Shown: positions 26,312 to 35,979 of the stretch, one piece after another
How positions within the stretch are numbered: position 1 is the first letter of the stretch
Layout: every line of letters begins with the position of its first letter
Assembly (NCBI GenBank): GCA_050012475.1
Contig: JBEKHC010000058.1
Coordinates: 1-41,714 of the forward strand
Source: Candidatus Velthaea sp.
Lineage (GTDB): Bacteria; Vulcanimicrobiota; Vulcanimicrobiia; Vulcanimicrobiales; Vulcanimicrobiaceae
Direction of reading: 5' to 3'
Length of the DNA: 41,714 bases
Notes under the pieces: model-generated
Seen by the model: the letters and a program-made list of their open reading frames with translations, nothing else
Databases searched by the model: none
What the model was told of the DNA's origin: nothing
Program-made: the position numbers and the translations under genes

Positions 26312-27094
26312 TCACCCGGCTTGGGACACGACGGTTGTGACGGCGATGCGGTGCATCGCGATACGCTCGTGCCACGGCCGCAGCATCGGCGTCTCGAATG
26401 TTAGACCGGCCGCCGACGCCCGCCGCAGGAGATAGAGCGACATCGGGAGGCCATCGGCGAAGTAGCGGCTCTCCTCCCGCGCATCGACGGTCACCGTGCC
26501 GTGCCCGATGGTCTGACATACGCGCGCTTCGGGCGGCGAACCCAGATCGAAGCGGATGTCGGCCAAGTCTTGAATCGGGAGCCCCGCCGCCTCGACCGCC
26601 GCAACCGCCGAAGCCGCGAAGCGCGGCTGCGCGCCGGTTGGCAGCGGCTCGAAGCCATAAAACCCGCGAGCCTCGAAATCTTCGTGCAGATCGACCGACA
26701 GCGCGAAGCGCCGATCGCGGTTGGCGGTAACGATCGCGCGCGATTCAGGCGTCGTGCCGCCGCCGCTGAAACTGCGGTTGACGTCGTGGCCCTCGGCGTT
26801 CGCGCGCGTATGCGCGGCGTAGCCGCTGGGATTGATACACGGCCAGATGCGATACGCAAAACGATCGTCGAGCAGCCGATCGGCGGCGAGCGACAGCAGC
26901 GCCCAGGGCGCCGCCGGTTCGTCGCCGTGAATGCCCGCCGACAAGGCGACTGTCGGCAAGCTGTCGCGACCGCGTTCGACGATCAGCAGCGTGCGCGGTG
27001 CGCCGACACAGGCGACTTCGCGGATCTGCAATCCGTGCGTGCGGCGCAAACCTTTCCAGGCGGCCACGAGCTCTTCGTACGGCGGCTTTTCCAT
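26312..27094 (-). CDS. M14-family metallocarboxypeptidase / succinylglutamate desuccinylase-like protein
   Basis: AGIHGDE, NPSG, R.NAEGHDVNR, DLHED, FETP. Confidence 0.85.
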   Translation of the reverse strand: MEKPPYEELVAAWKGLRRTHGLQIREVACVGAPRTLLIVERGRDSLPTVALSAGIHGDEPAAPWALLSLAADRLLDDRFAYRIWPCINPSGYAAHTRANAEGHDVNRSFSGGGTTPESRAIVTANRDRRFALSVDLHEDFEARGFYGFEPLPTGAQPRFAASAVAAVEAAGLPIQDLADIRFDLGSPPEARVCQTIGHGTVTVDAREESRYFADGLPMSLYLLRRASAAGLTFETPMLRPWHERIAMHRIAVTTVVSQAG

Positions 27095-27215
27095 CTCGCT
27101 GGCGGTTCGGCATACCGCGCCAACATCTTGGCCGCTGCGCATTGCCGCGGGCGGCGAGGAACGGCCGATCTTTTCCCGCAGCCAGCACGATGCAGCAGCG
27201 CGTTTTGGGGCTGGA

Positions 27216-28280
27216 ATGAAAACCTATCGAATCGCCGTGATTGCCGGCGACGGGATCGGAACCGAAGTCGTTCCCGAGGGCATCCGCGTGCTCGACGCGG
27301 TCGCGCGGCGACACGGGTTCACGTTCGTTTGGGAAACCTTCGATTGGAACTGCGAGCGCTACGCGCAAACCGGCACGATGATGCCGCCCGACGGGCTCGA
27401 ACGGATCCGCAATCACGACGCCATCTTTCTCGGCGCCGTCGGCTTTCCGGGCGTTCCCGATCACGTCTCGCTGTGGGGACTGCTCATTCCCATTCGGCGG
27501 CAATTCCGGCAATACGTCAACCTGCGCCCGGTGCGGCTGATGCCCGGCATCGTCTCGCCGTTGGCGGGACGCGCGCCGGGCGACATCGACTTCTGGATCG
27601 TGCGCGAAAACAACGAAGGCGAGTATTCGTCCGTCGGCGGGCGCTTCAACGAGGGCACCGACGACGAGATCGTCATCCAAGAAACCATCTTCAGCCGGCG
27701 CGGCGTCGATCGTGTGCTGCGCTTCGCGTACGAGCTCGCCGCTCGACGGCCCAAACGCCACTTGACCTCGGCGACGAAATCGAACGGCATCGCCATCACG
27801 ATGCCGTACTGGGATGAGCGCGTGCGCGCGATGGCGGCGCACTACCCCGGCGTGCGGACCGATCAGTTTCACATCGACATCCTCGCCGCGCACTTCGTCG
27901 CGCACCCCGATTGGTTCGATGTGGTCGTCGGCTCGAATCTGTTCGGCGACATCCTGTCGGATCTGGGGCCGGCGGTCACCGGAACGATCGGCATCGCGCC
28001 CTCGGCGAACCTCAACCCGGAGCGGGAGTTTCCGTCGATGTTCGAGCCGGTACACGGTTCCGCGCCCGATATCGCAGGCCGCGGGATCGCGAACCCGATC
28101 GGCCAGATCTGGTCCGGCGCAATGATGCTCGAACATCTCGGCCAGCCCGAAGCGGCTGCCGCCGTCGTGCAAGCAATCGAAACGAGCCTCGCGCGCGGTC
28201 CGCGCACGCCCGACATCGGCGGGAGTGCCGGTACGCGCGACGTCGGCGCCGCGATCGCCGCCGCCGCAGCCGGCGACTGA
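27216..28280 (+). CDS. Tartrate / D-malate dehydrogenase (decarboxylating)
   Basis: IAGDGIGTEV, VPDHVSLWG, RENNEGEYS, ATKSNG, NLFGDILSDL, FEPVHGSAPDI. Confidence 0.92.
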   Translation: MKTYRIAVIAGDGIGTEVVPEGIRVLDAVARRHGFTFVWETFDWNCERYAQTGTMMPPDGLERIRNHDAIFLGAVGFPGVPDHVSLWGLLIPIRRQFRQYVNLRPVRLMPGIVSPLAGRAPGDIDFWIVRENNEGEYSSVGGRFNEGTDDEIVIQETIFSRRGVDRVLRFAYELAARRPKRHLTSATKSNGIAITMPYWDERVRAMAAHYPGVRTDQFHIDILAAHFVAHPDWFDVVVGSNLFGDILSDLGPAVTGTIGIAPSANLNPEREFPSMFEPVHGSAPDIAGRGIANPIGQIWSGAMMLEHLGQPEAAAAVVQAIETSLARGPRTPDIGGSAGTRDVGAAIAAAAAGD

Positions 28281-28340
28281 CCGGAACGCGGCGCGCGCCG
28301 GGCAGGGCCCGCACGGGGACGGCAAACATACTTTACGGCG

Positions 28341-29411
28341 ATGGAAAAACGCGTTGCGTCGGGAGAGCGAATCGCTGCGCAGCGGCGCGCGCTGGGCTTA
28401 TCGCAGGAGGCCGTGGCCCAAGCCGGCGGCGTGACGCGGCAAGCCGTCGGAGCGATCGAAAGTGGCCGCACGCAGCCGAGCGTGGCGCTTGCGCTCGCCA
28501 TCGCCCGCGCCCTCAACGCCAGCGTCGAGGAACTTTTCGGCGGCGATGCCGATGAGGACATCGCCCGGCGAGCCGGGGAGCCGCAACTCCAAAGCGGCCA
28601 GCGCGTCGTTCTAGCAACGATCGGATCGCGGCGGATCGTGCGCAATCTCGATCAGGCATCGCCAGGCTGTGCCCTCGAGCCGGCGGGCGCCATCGTCATC
28701 GACAGCCGCCCGCAGCAGACCCGGGTGCGCATCCTGGACACCGCGGCCCATGACGATCCGGTGCTCGTGTCCGGCTGCGACGTGAGCCTCGGCCTGCTGG
28801 TGCGCCATCTGGACGCGCGGCGAGCGCACGGCGTCTGGTTCGCGGCCAGCAACACCGATGCCCTGAACGATCTGGCTGCGGGCCGGACCCACGTGGCGGC
28901 GATCCACGGACCCGAAGCGGAGCGCAAGCGAGTTGCGCGCGTGCATCGCTTCGATCTCGCCGGCATCGAAGAAGGCTGGCTCGTGGCCCGCGGCAATCCG
29001 CACCGCTTCCGCGGTGCGCGCGATCTCGTCCGTGACGGCATCCGGCTCGCCAACCGTCCGCCCGGCTCGGCAGCCCGATCGCTCCTCGATGCGCAGCTTC
29101 GCCGTGCAGCGCTCGACCCACGCCGCGCTGCCGGTTACGAGCGCGTCCTCGCGGGTCATCTCGACGTCGCTCGCGCCGTCCAGCAAGGCTTCGCCGACGT
29201 GGGCGTTGGGATCGCTTCGGCGGCGCGGCTGTTCGATCTGGAGTTCATCCCGCTGCGCTCGGAGCGTTGCTCACTGCTGATTCCCGGTGCATATCTGCAC
29301 CACGCCGGCGTTGCCGCACTCGTGGAGACGTTGCGCTCGAATGCCTACCGGCGTGACCTCGAAGCGTTCGGGCCGTACGACACGCGACGCACCGGTGAGT
29401 CCATCGCTTGA
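28341..29411 (+). CDS. XRE-family HTH regulator with C-terminal PBP-like (molybdate-binding-like) domain
   Basis: LSQEAVA...VTRQAVGAIESGRTQPS; GCD, NRPPGSAARSLLD, HLDVARAV..G.ADVG; directly upstream of modBCA. Confidence 0.85.
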   Translation: MEKRVASGERIAAQRRALGLSQEAVAQAGGVTRQAVGAIESGRTQPSVALALAIARALNASVEELFGGDADEDIARRAGEPQLQSGQRVVLATIGSRRIVRNLDQASPGCALEPAGAIVIDSRPQQTRVRILDTAAHDDPVLVSGCDVSLGLLVRHLDARRAHGVWFAASNTDALNDLAAGRTHVAAIHGPEAERKRVARVHRFDLAGIEEGWLVARGNPHRFRGARDLVRDGIRLANRPPGSAARSLLDAQLRRAALDPRRAAGYERVLAGHLDVARAVQQGFADVGVGIASAARLFDLEFIPLRSERCSLLIPGAYLHHAGVAALVETLRSNAYRRDLEAFGPYDTRRTGESIA

Positions 29412-29456
29412 AACGGGAACGCGGCTTTCTGGCGCCTCCGGGGTCCGTCGAACCTG

Positions 29457-30242
29457 TTGCGCCGGCGCCGCTTCGATAGCGCAAAGCTGGCCGTCGCGAT
29501 CCCCGCGGCGCTCTTTGCGGCGTTCATCCTCGCGCCGATTGCGGCGCTTTTCGTGCGCTCGACGCCCGGTGAGTTTTTCGCCGCATTGCAGCAGCCGGAC
29601 GTGCAGCAGGCACTTCGGCTCAGCGCGCTCACGACCACGATCACGCTGGCGTGCGCGATCGCTTTCGGGACCCCGATCGCGTATCTGCTGGCGCGCTGGC
29701 GCTTTCCGGGCCGCGCGCTGCTCGACACGCTGGTCGATCTTCCGATCGTGGTTCCACCGGCCGTGGCCGGCGTCGCGCTGCTGATCGCGTTCGGCCGTCG
29801 CGGCATCTTCGCGCCGCTGCTCGCGGCCGCCGGCGTCGAGCTTTCGTTCACGACCGCCGCCGTCGTATTGGCGCAGTTGTTCGTCGCATCGCCGTTTTAC
29901 GTGCGAGCTGCCCGCGCCGGCTTCATCGGCGTCGACGGACGCCTGGAGGAAGCCTCGGCAACGCTGGGGGCAGGCCGCTTTGAAACATTTTGGCGCATCA
30001 CGGTCCCGCTTGCGCTTCCGAGCTTGATCGGCGGCGCGGTGCTGACGTGGGCCCGCGCGCTGGGAGAATTCGGCGCGACCATCATGTTCGCCGGAAACCT
30101 CGTGGGCGTTTCGCAAACGATGCCGCTGGCCGTGTATCTCAAACTCGAAAGCGGCGATCTTCCCGCCGCCCTCGCGGTGTCGGTCGTGCTCGTCGCAACG
30201 AGCATTGCCGTGCTGCTCGTCGTGCGGCTCGTCGAACAGTGA
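29457..30242 (+). CDS. modB: Molybdate ABC transporter permease (start uncertain)
   Basis: DLPIVVPPAVAG, LEEASATLGA (EAA loop), ARALGEFGATIMFAGN. Confidence 0.92.
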   Translation: MRRRRFDSAKLAVAIPAALFAAFILAPIAALFVRSTPGEFFAALQQPDVQQALRLSALTTTITLACAIAFGTPIAYLLARWRFPGRALLDTLVDLPIVVPPAVAGVALLIAFGRRGIFAPLLAAAGVELSFTTAAVVLAQLFVASPFYVRAARAGFIGVDGRLEEASATLGAGRFETFWRITVPLALPSLIGGAVLTWARALGEFGATIMFAGNLVGVSQTMPLAVYLKLESGDLPAALAVSVVLVATSIAVLLVVRLVEQ

Positions 30243-30946
30243 CGCTCCACGCGCGGATCGTCAAGCACCGCCGCAATTTCACGCTCGACGTCGACCTCCG
30301 GTGCGCGTCCGGGGTGACCGTGGTCGTCGGGCCGAGCGGAGCGGGGAAGACGACTTTGTTGCGCGCGATCGCGGGACTCGACGAAATCGACGGCGGCTGC
30401 ATCACGCTCGGCGAGCGCGTCCTCGATGACGGTGACGGACGGTTCGTGCGCGCCGGACGGCGCGACACCGCCTACGTGCTGCAAGAGTACGCGCTGTTTC
30501 CGCATCTGACGGCCGCCGAGAACGTCGGCTATGGTCTGCGGGTGCGGCGCGTGCGGCGAACGGAGCGGGAACGGCGGGTGGGCGCGGCCCTCGAGCGCTT
30601 CGGCGTCGCCGACGCCGGAAGCGTTAAACCCGACAAACTGTCGGGCGGGCAACGTCAGCGCGTCGCGCTGGCGCGCGCGCTCGTCCTCGAACCACACATC
30701 CTGCTGCTCGACGAACCGCTCGCAGCATTGGATTTACAAACCCGCAGCGCGGTGCGCAACGAACTGCGCGCCATCATTGCCGGGTTGCCGATCCCAACCA
30801 TCCTCGTAACGCACGACCGCGCCGATGCGCGCACGTTTCCCGAACGCATCGTGGTGCTCGAAAACGGTCAGGTCGTGCAAACCGGCTCGTGCGCCGATCT
30901 CTTCGGCGACCCTGCAACCCCGTTCGTCGAGGAATTCGTCCGCTAA
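30239..30946 (+). CDS. modC: Molybdate ABC transporter ATP-binding subunit
   Basis: GPSGAGKT, LSGGQRQR, LLLDEP, VTHD; GTGA overlap with modB. Confidence 0.9.
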   Translation: MTLHARIVKHRRNFTLDVDLRCASGVTVVVGPSGAGKTTLLRAIAGLDEIDGGCITLGERVLDDGDGRFVRAGRRDTAYVLQEYALFPHLTAAENVGYGLRVRRVRRTERERRVGAALERFGVADAGSVKPDKLSGGQRQRVALARALVLEPHILLLDEPLAALDLQTRSAVRNELRAIIAGLPIPTILVTHDRADARTFPERIVVLENGQVVQTGSCADLFGDPATPFVEEFVR

Positions 30947-31095
30947 TCTGGGTGCGTCCCGTTTGCCGGCGCGCGACGAACGGCGGCTTGGCGAAGGGCG
31001 CGTCCCGTTTGCTTCATCGAAGGCATCGATCATGCTTCATATGGGTAGCGCGACGTGGCAGGGGCGGCAGCGGGCAAGCAAACAGAATAAACACC

Positions 31096-31968
31096 ATGTT
31101 AAGAATATTTGCCTCAACGGATCGCCCTCCCAACGTGCGGCGCGGCGGACCCAGCCGCTTTCAAGCGGTGCTCGGGCTCACGGCGCTCGTCGTTTCACCG
31201 GCGTTCCTCGCGCCGCCGTGCGCCGCGGCCGCCGACGCGCAACCGCCGGTCAGCGTGTTCGCCGCAGCTTCACTGCGCGAATCGTTCGAGGCTGCGGGAC
31301 GGGCGTTCGCGGCAAAAACCGGCACGGACGTGACGTTCAACTTCGGCGGTTCGGACACGCTCGAAGAACAGATCGCCGAAGGTGCGCCGGCCGACGTTTT
31401 TGCTTCGGCCAACAAGACGCAGATGCAGAAAGCCGCTGACGGCGGTTTTATCGCTGGCGAGCCGCGCGTCTTCGCGCGCAATCAATTGGTCATCGTTATG
31501 CCGAAAAATAATCCCGGCAAGATCACCGGCGCGGCGGATCTGGCCCGCGGCGGCGTAAAACTCGTCCTGGCCGCTCCGACGGTGCCGGTCGGCAATTACG
31601 CTCGCACGACGTTCGCCAATCTTGCCAAGCTGCCGGAGTACGGCGCAGCTTACGAAGCGGCGGTCGCGTCGAACGTCGTTTCCAACGAAGTCGACGTCAA
31701 GGCCGTGGTCACGAAGGTGTCGCTCGGCGAAGCCGATGCCGGGGTTTGCTACCTTACCGACGTCACCCCGAGCGTCGCGAAAAGCGTCAGCACGCTGGCG
31801 TTCCCGGCCGGAACGGCGCCCGAGGCGACGTATCCCATCGCGATCGTGAAAGCGTCGAAAAATCCGGCCGGAGCCCAGGCGTTCATCGATTTCATCCTCT
31901 CGGCCGACGGGCAGGCCTTTCTCAAGGAGCGCGGCTTCATTGTCGCCCAGCCCGCAATGGCCCGATGA
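31096..31968 (+). CDS. modA: Molybdate ABC transporter substrate-binding protein
   Basis: VFAAASL, FGGS..L..QI..GAPADVFASAN, VPVGNY, GEADAG. Confidence 0.92.
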   Translation: MLRIFASTDRPPNVRRGGPSRFQAVLGLTALVVSPAFLAPPCAAAADAQPPVSVFAAASLRESFEAAGRAFAAKTGTDVTFNFGGSDTLEEQIAEGAPADVFASANKTQMQKAADGGFIAGEPRVFARNQLVIVMPKNNPGKITGAADLARGGVKLVLAAPTVPVGNYARTTFANLAKLPEYGAAYEAAVASNVVSNEVDVKAVVTKVSLGEADAGVCYLTDVTPSVAKSVSTLAFPAGTAPEATYPIAIVKASKNPAGAQAFIDFILSADGQAFLKERGFIVAQPAMAR

Positions 31969-31972
31969 CCGC

Positions 31973-32455
31973 GTGAATCTCACGCCGATCGGCACGATCC
32001 ACTCGGCGTTCGTGCAAGCCGCCGGTGCGCCGATTCAACCGTACCGCGCCGAGGATTCGCTGGGGACCGTCGAGATCTTCAGCCCCTACGTCGAAGGTCT
32101 GGGCGACCTCGAAGGCTTCGATCGAATTTGGCTCGTCTACTGGTTTCACCGCGCGTCCGCTGCTCGGCTGCGCGTCACGCCATTTCTCGACACGGTCGAA
32201 CATGGGATCTTCGCCACCCGCGCGCCGGCTCGACCGAACCCGATCGGCCTGTCGTCGGTCCGCCTCATCGGCATCGAAAGCAATGTACTGCACATCGCCG
32301 AGGTCGATATTCTCACCGGCACGCCGCTGCTGGACATCAAGCCCAATATTCCGCTCTACGACAACTACCCGATAACGCGCTGCGGCTGGTTCGATCGTGT
32401 CGCGCACGATCCGGTCGTCGCCGATGCTCGCTTCGAACGCTCGGACCTGCCGTAG
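31973..32455 (+). CDS. trmO: TrmO/TsaA-family SAM-dependent methyltransferase
   Basis: PIGTIHS, GIFATRAPARPNPIGLS, GTPLLDIKP. Confidence 0.85.
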   Translation: MNLTPIGTIHSAFVQAAGAPIQPYRAEDSLGTVEIFSPYVEGLGDLEGFDRIWLVYWFHRASAARLRVTPFLDTVEHGIFATRAPARPNPIGLSSVRLIGIESNVLHIAEVDILTGTPLLDIKPNIPLYDNYPITRCGWFDRVAHDPVVADARFERSDLP

Positions 32456-32554
32456 GGAAATCGACCGCCTCTCGCCCTTACCAATCGACCCCAGACAGAA
32501 GATAGCGCTCGCGCAGCGGCGCGTGCGAGCGAGCCGATAAAGAACGACTCCGGA

Positions 32555-32608
32555 GCCCAGTAGCCGGCGCGCGCGTGGCGGGCCCAGTAGCCGGCGCGCG
32601 CGTGGCGG
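32555..32608. repeat. Exact 27-bp tandem duplication
   Basis: GCCCAGTAGCCGGCGCGCGCGTGGCGG twice. Confidence 0.9.
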
Positions 32609-32831
32609 GGCTTTGTGGATTGTCAGGAGAGTAAGCGCGTTTCAGCAAGCGGCGCGACGGCAAGAACTCGGGTGTCCCATCGAAGCACTTCGCCCCCGCG
32701 TTTCGCACTCGCTCAAGAGATCAGGGAAAACCCGGCGCGAGAGCAGCAAATCGCCGAGCGCCGGCCGATGCCGGACACTTGCCGCGCGCGCAACGCGGCT
32801 CTTTTCCTACGCCCGCTTACTGAGGAACTAC

Positions 32832-33413
32832 ATGTCACAAGCGACTGCTCCGACGATCAACACCTACATCAGCGACATGCTCGCACTCGAACAGCATATT
32901 GCCACGCCGCTTCAAGGCCAGGTCGACGACAGCGACGTTCAAGCCCAGCCGATCGCCTTGCGCGTTATCCAGGAAGCGCTCGACACCGTGCAGCGCCACA
33001 TCAGCACGCTTCAGACGCGACTCGACGCCGTCGGCGGACATAACGGGTCGCCGGTGAAGAACGCGGTGTCGACGGCGTTCGGCACGGCGGCTTCGGCGAT
33101 CAACAAAGTCCGCAAAACCGAAGTTTCGAAAAATTTGCGCGACGACTACACCGCCTTGTCGCTGTCGTCGGCGGGTTACACCATGCTGCACACGACCGCG
33201 CTCGGACTGGGCGACGCCCAAACCGCCGCGCTGGCCAAGGAGCATCTCGCCGACGTCGCCACCGCCATCATGAAGATCAGCCGCGCGCTGCCGACGGTCG
33301 TCTTGGCCGAACTTCAACAAGAAGGCGTCAACGTGACCCCGGACGTAGCGCAAACGGCCGAACGCGACGCGGAAGCAGCCTGGAAAGAGGGCGGCGCGCG
33401 CTCCGCAAACTAA
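32832..33413 (+). CDS. Hypothetical helical protein, possibly ferritin-like
   Basis: GAGGA RBS; YISDMLALEQH, LRDDYTAL, YTMLHTTA; amphipathic helices. Confidence 0.7.
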   Translation: MSQATAPTINTYISDMLALEQHIATPLQGQVDDSDVQAQPIALRVIQEALDTVQRHISTLQTRLDAVGGHNGSPVKNAVSTAFGTAASAINKVRKTEVSKNLRDDYTALSLSSAGYTMLHTTALGLGDAQTAALAKEHLADVATAIMKISRALPTVVLAELQQEGVNVTPDVAQTAERDAEAAWKEGGARSAN

Positions 33414-33437
33414 CCCCGTCGGAATCGTACCCGTCGC

Positions 33438-33466
33438 AGCGCTCGGACCTTGATGGGCCGAGCGCT
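33438..33466. terminator. Hairpin between convergent genes
   Basis: AGCGCTCGG...CCGAGCGCT 9-bp stem; no long U tract. Confidence 0.4.
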
Positions 33467-33499
33467 TAGCTCTTTCCGGCGCGAAGGCGTTACCAGGTG

Positions 33500-34801
33500 C
33501 TATGACGAGCGGAACGCGTCGAGCTTTCGTCCGGCGATCGAGGCGTCGAGGATTTCGATTGGATGCGCCGCCGGCAACTTGGCTCCGCGAGCGCGGAGGA
33601 TCGACTGAATCTGAACCGTGCAGCCGGGATTCGCGCTCGCGAGCAGATCGGGCGCAACGCTGAGCACGCTGGTGGCTTTGCGCTCGCCGATCTCACGCGC
33701 CGATTCGGGCTCGAAGAGATTGTAGGTGCCCGCACTTCCGCAGCATTGTGCGCCGTCGGGAATCTCGACCAGTTCGAGCCCCGGGATGCCGCGCAGCAGC
33801 GCTCGCGGCTGCGCGGTGATGCGCTGCGCGTGCGCCAGGTGGCAGGCATCATGATAGGCGACGCGCATGGCGAGCGGCCGGCGCGGCGCCGCCGGTTCGA
33901 TGCCGGCCAGGAACTCATTGATGTCTTGGACCTTCGCCGAAAACGCCTGCGCCGCGTCGCGCAGTTTGCGTTCATCGGCGAAGAGTTCCGCGTACTGCTT
34001 GAGCGTCGAACCGCAGCCCGCGGCATTGACGAGGATCGCGTCGACGTTCTCGCGCGCGAACCGGCGGATGAGCGCGCGGGCAAAACGTTTGGCTTCGCCG
34101 GACCGGCCGGAATGCAGCGAGAGTGCGCCGCAGCAGCCCTGGCCCGGCGGAACGAGAACGTCGTACCCTTCGGCTGCCAAGACCCGAATCGTTGCCGCAT
34201 TGACGTTGGGGAAGAACGACCGCTGCACGCAGCCGGCCACCAGCGCGACGCGGCCGCGCGCGCGCTCGGGGTGAGCGGGGGTGAACTCGGGCAGCGGCGT
34301 GCGCAGGTCCGACAGCCGAACGTTGGGTGAAAGGGCTTCGAGCTGCGCGAAGCGCAGCGGAACCCGCGCGAGCAATCCGCTGCGCCGAATCAGGGCTTGC
34401 ACGCCGCTCTTGGCGTAGAGCAGCAGCGGCACACTGAGCACCTTGAGCCGGCTGGGATAGGGGAACAACGCGAAAATCAACTCGCGAAACGCACGATCGG
34501 CCGGCGTGCGGGGCGCCGATACCTCGAGCTTGGCCCGCTGCGCTTCGATCAGCAGGTCGTAGCGCACGCCGGACGGACAGGCCGGCACGCACGCCATGCA
34601 CGCCAGACAGCGATCGAAATGCGCGCTCACCGTTTCGTCGAGCGCGATCGCTCCCGTGCTCAACCCCTTCATCAAGTCGATGCGCCCGCGCGGCGAATCC
34701 ATCTCGTTGCCCCATGAGCGATACGTGGGGCACGACGGGAGGCAAAAACCGCAGTGGACGCAATCGCCGATGAGATCGTCGAACGTGCGCGGCGCTTCCA
34801 C
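33500..34801 (-). CDS. glcF: Glycolate oxidase iron-sulfur subunit
   Basis: CVHCGFCLPSCP, CLACMACVPACPSGV, two CCG domains, YHDACHL. Confidence 0.92.
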   Translation of the reverse strand: MEAPRTFDDLIGDCVHCGFCLPSCPTYRSWGNEMDSPRGRIDLMKGLSTGAIALDETVSAHFDRCLACMACVPACPSGVRYDLLIEAQRAKLEVSAPRTPADRAFRELIFALFPYPSRLKVLSVPLLLYAKSGVQALIRRSGLLARVPLRFAQLEALSPNVRLSDLRTPLPEFTPAHPERARGRVALVAGCVQRSFFPNVNAATIRVLAAEGYDVLVPPGQGCCGALSLHSGRSGEAKRFARALIRRFARENVDAILVNAAGCGSTLKQYAELFADERKLRDAAQAFSAKVQDINEFLAGIEPAAPRRPLAMRVAYHDACHLAHAQRITAQPRALLRGIPGLELVEIPDGAQCCGSAGTYNLFEPESAREIGERKATSVLSVAPDLLASANPGCTVQIQSILRARGAKLPAAHPIEILDASIAGRKLDAFRSS

Positions 34802-34803
34802 CG

Positions 34804-35979
34804 TTACAGCCCGCCCACGAAGCGGCCGGGGTTGCACAGTCCCTTGGGATCGAAAGCGTTCTTGAGCCGGCGCATGATCGCGAACGCTCCCGGCGACGGT
34901 TCGCCCCACGCGTCGACCGTTGCGCGCGCTTCCTGCGGGAGCGCCGCGACGACGACGGAGCCGCCTTCGACGTGCGCGCGCCAACGCGCAACCGTTGCTG
35001 CGTCGAGCGAGTCCGCGGCGACGAACGCCGTTCCGAGCAGCGGATACACCACGTGCTTCGATCCCTCCGGGAAGGGTGCCGACTGCAGAAAACGCGCCAA
35101 CACCGTCGGCCGGGCGGAGATCTTGAGCCGCCAGGGAGCCGCGCAGCGGATCGCGCGTTCGCGTTCGTCCAAGGTCGCGCCGATCTCATTGCGCGCGGTC
35201 CGGGCGTTGACGTGCAAGCGCGATGCGATCGCCGCCGCACTCTCGAGCTGCTGTTCGACGCCGCGCGCAAAGCCTTCGAAGGTCACCCGGCACTCATACC
35301 CATCGCCGCCCGCATTTGCAAACGCGATCATCGCGGCGGGAACCAACGCTTCGCGGAGCAGTTCGTTGCCGAGCTGTGTGAGCGCGTCGACGCCGAGGTC
35401 CGTAACCACCAGTGCGGCGCACTGCTCGGGAAGCGGATGGACGCGAAAGGTCGCGCCGACGATCGCCCCCAGCGTCCCGAGCGAACCGACCATGAGTTTG
35501 GGCATGTCGAACCCGGCGACGTTTTTCACGACCTTGCCGCCGCCGCGTGCTTGAACTCCGTCCGGCCGCACGATCTCGATGCCGACGATAACGTCCTTGA
35601 TGCTGCCGTAACGCAAGCGGCGTCCGCCGTACAGACCGGTCGCGATTGCGCCGCCGACCGTGGTGCGCTCCGGTTCGGGGGCGTCGATGGCCAAGAATTG
35701 CCCCTCGCTGGCCAACACCTCACCGACGGCGGCCAGCGTCATCCCCGCCTCGACTGTAATCGTCTGGTCTTGCGGCGCGTAGTCGACGACACGATTGCAG
35801 GCCGTGGTCGTCACCATGGTGTCGATCGAGCGCGGAGCGTTGCCCAAGTCGAGTTCGGTGCCGCCGCCGGCAAACGCGAACGGCGTGTCGCCGGCATACA
35901 GCGCGCCGACGCAGGCGGCGAGTTCGGCGACACCACTCGGTTCGACGACGGCACGGGGCGCACAACCGGCGACGATCAT
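34804..35979 (-). CDS. glcE: Glycolate oxidase FAD-binding subunit
   Basis: GGKVVKNVAGFDMPKLMVGSLGTLG, FDPKGLCNPGR. Confidence 0.9.
   Translation of the reverse strand: MIVAGCAPRAVVEPSGVAELAACVGALYAGDTPFAFAGGGTELDLGNAPRSIDTMVTTTACNRVVDYAPQDQTITVEAGMTLAAVGEVLASEGQFLAIDAPEPERTTVGGAIATGLYGGRRLRYGSIKDVIVGIEIVRPDGVQARGGGKVVKNVAGFDMPKLMVGSLGTLGAIVGATFRVHPLPEQCAALVVTDLGVDALTQLGNELLREALVPAAMIAFANAGGDGYECRVTFEGFARGVEQQLESAAAIASRLHVNARTARNEIGATLDERERAIRCAAPWRLKISARPTVLARFLQSAPFPEGSKHVVYPLLGTAFVAADSLDAATVARWRAHVEGGSVVVAALPQEARATVDAWGEPSPGAFAIMRRLKNAFDPKGLCNPGRFVGGL

Noticed and set aside
29409..29411. Selenocysteine read-through fusing the regulator to modB
   Set aside because: The TGA is at the natural end of the PBP domain, not at a catalytic Cys position, and I see no convincing SECIS
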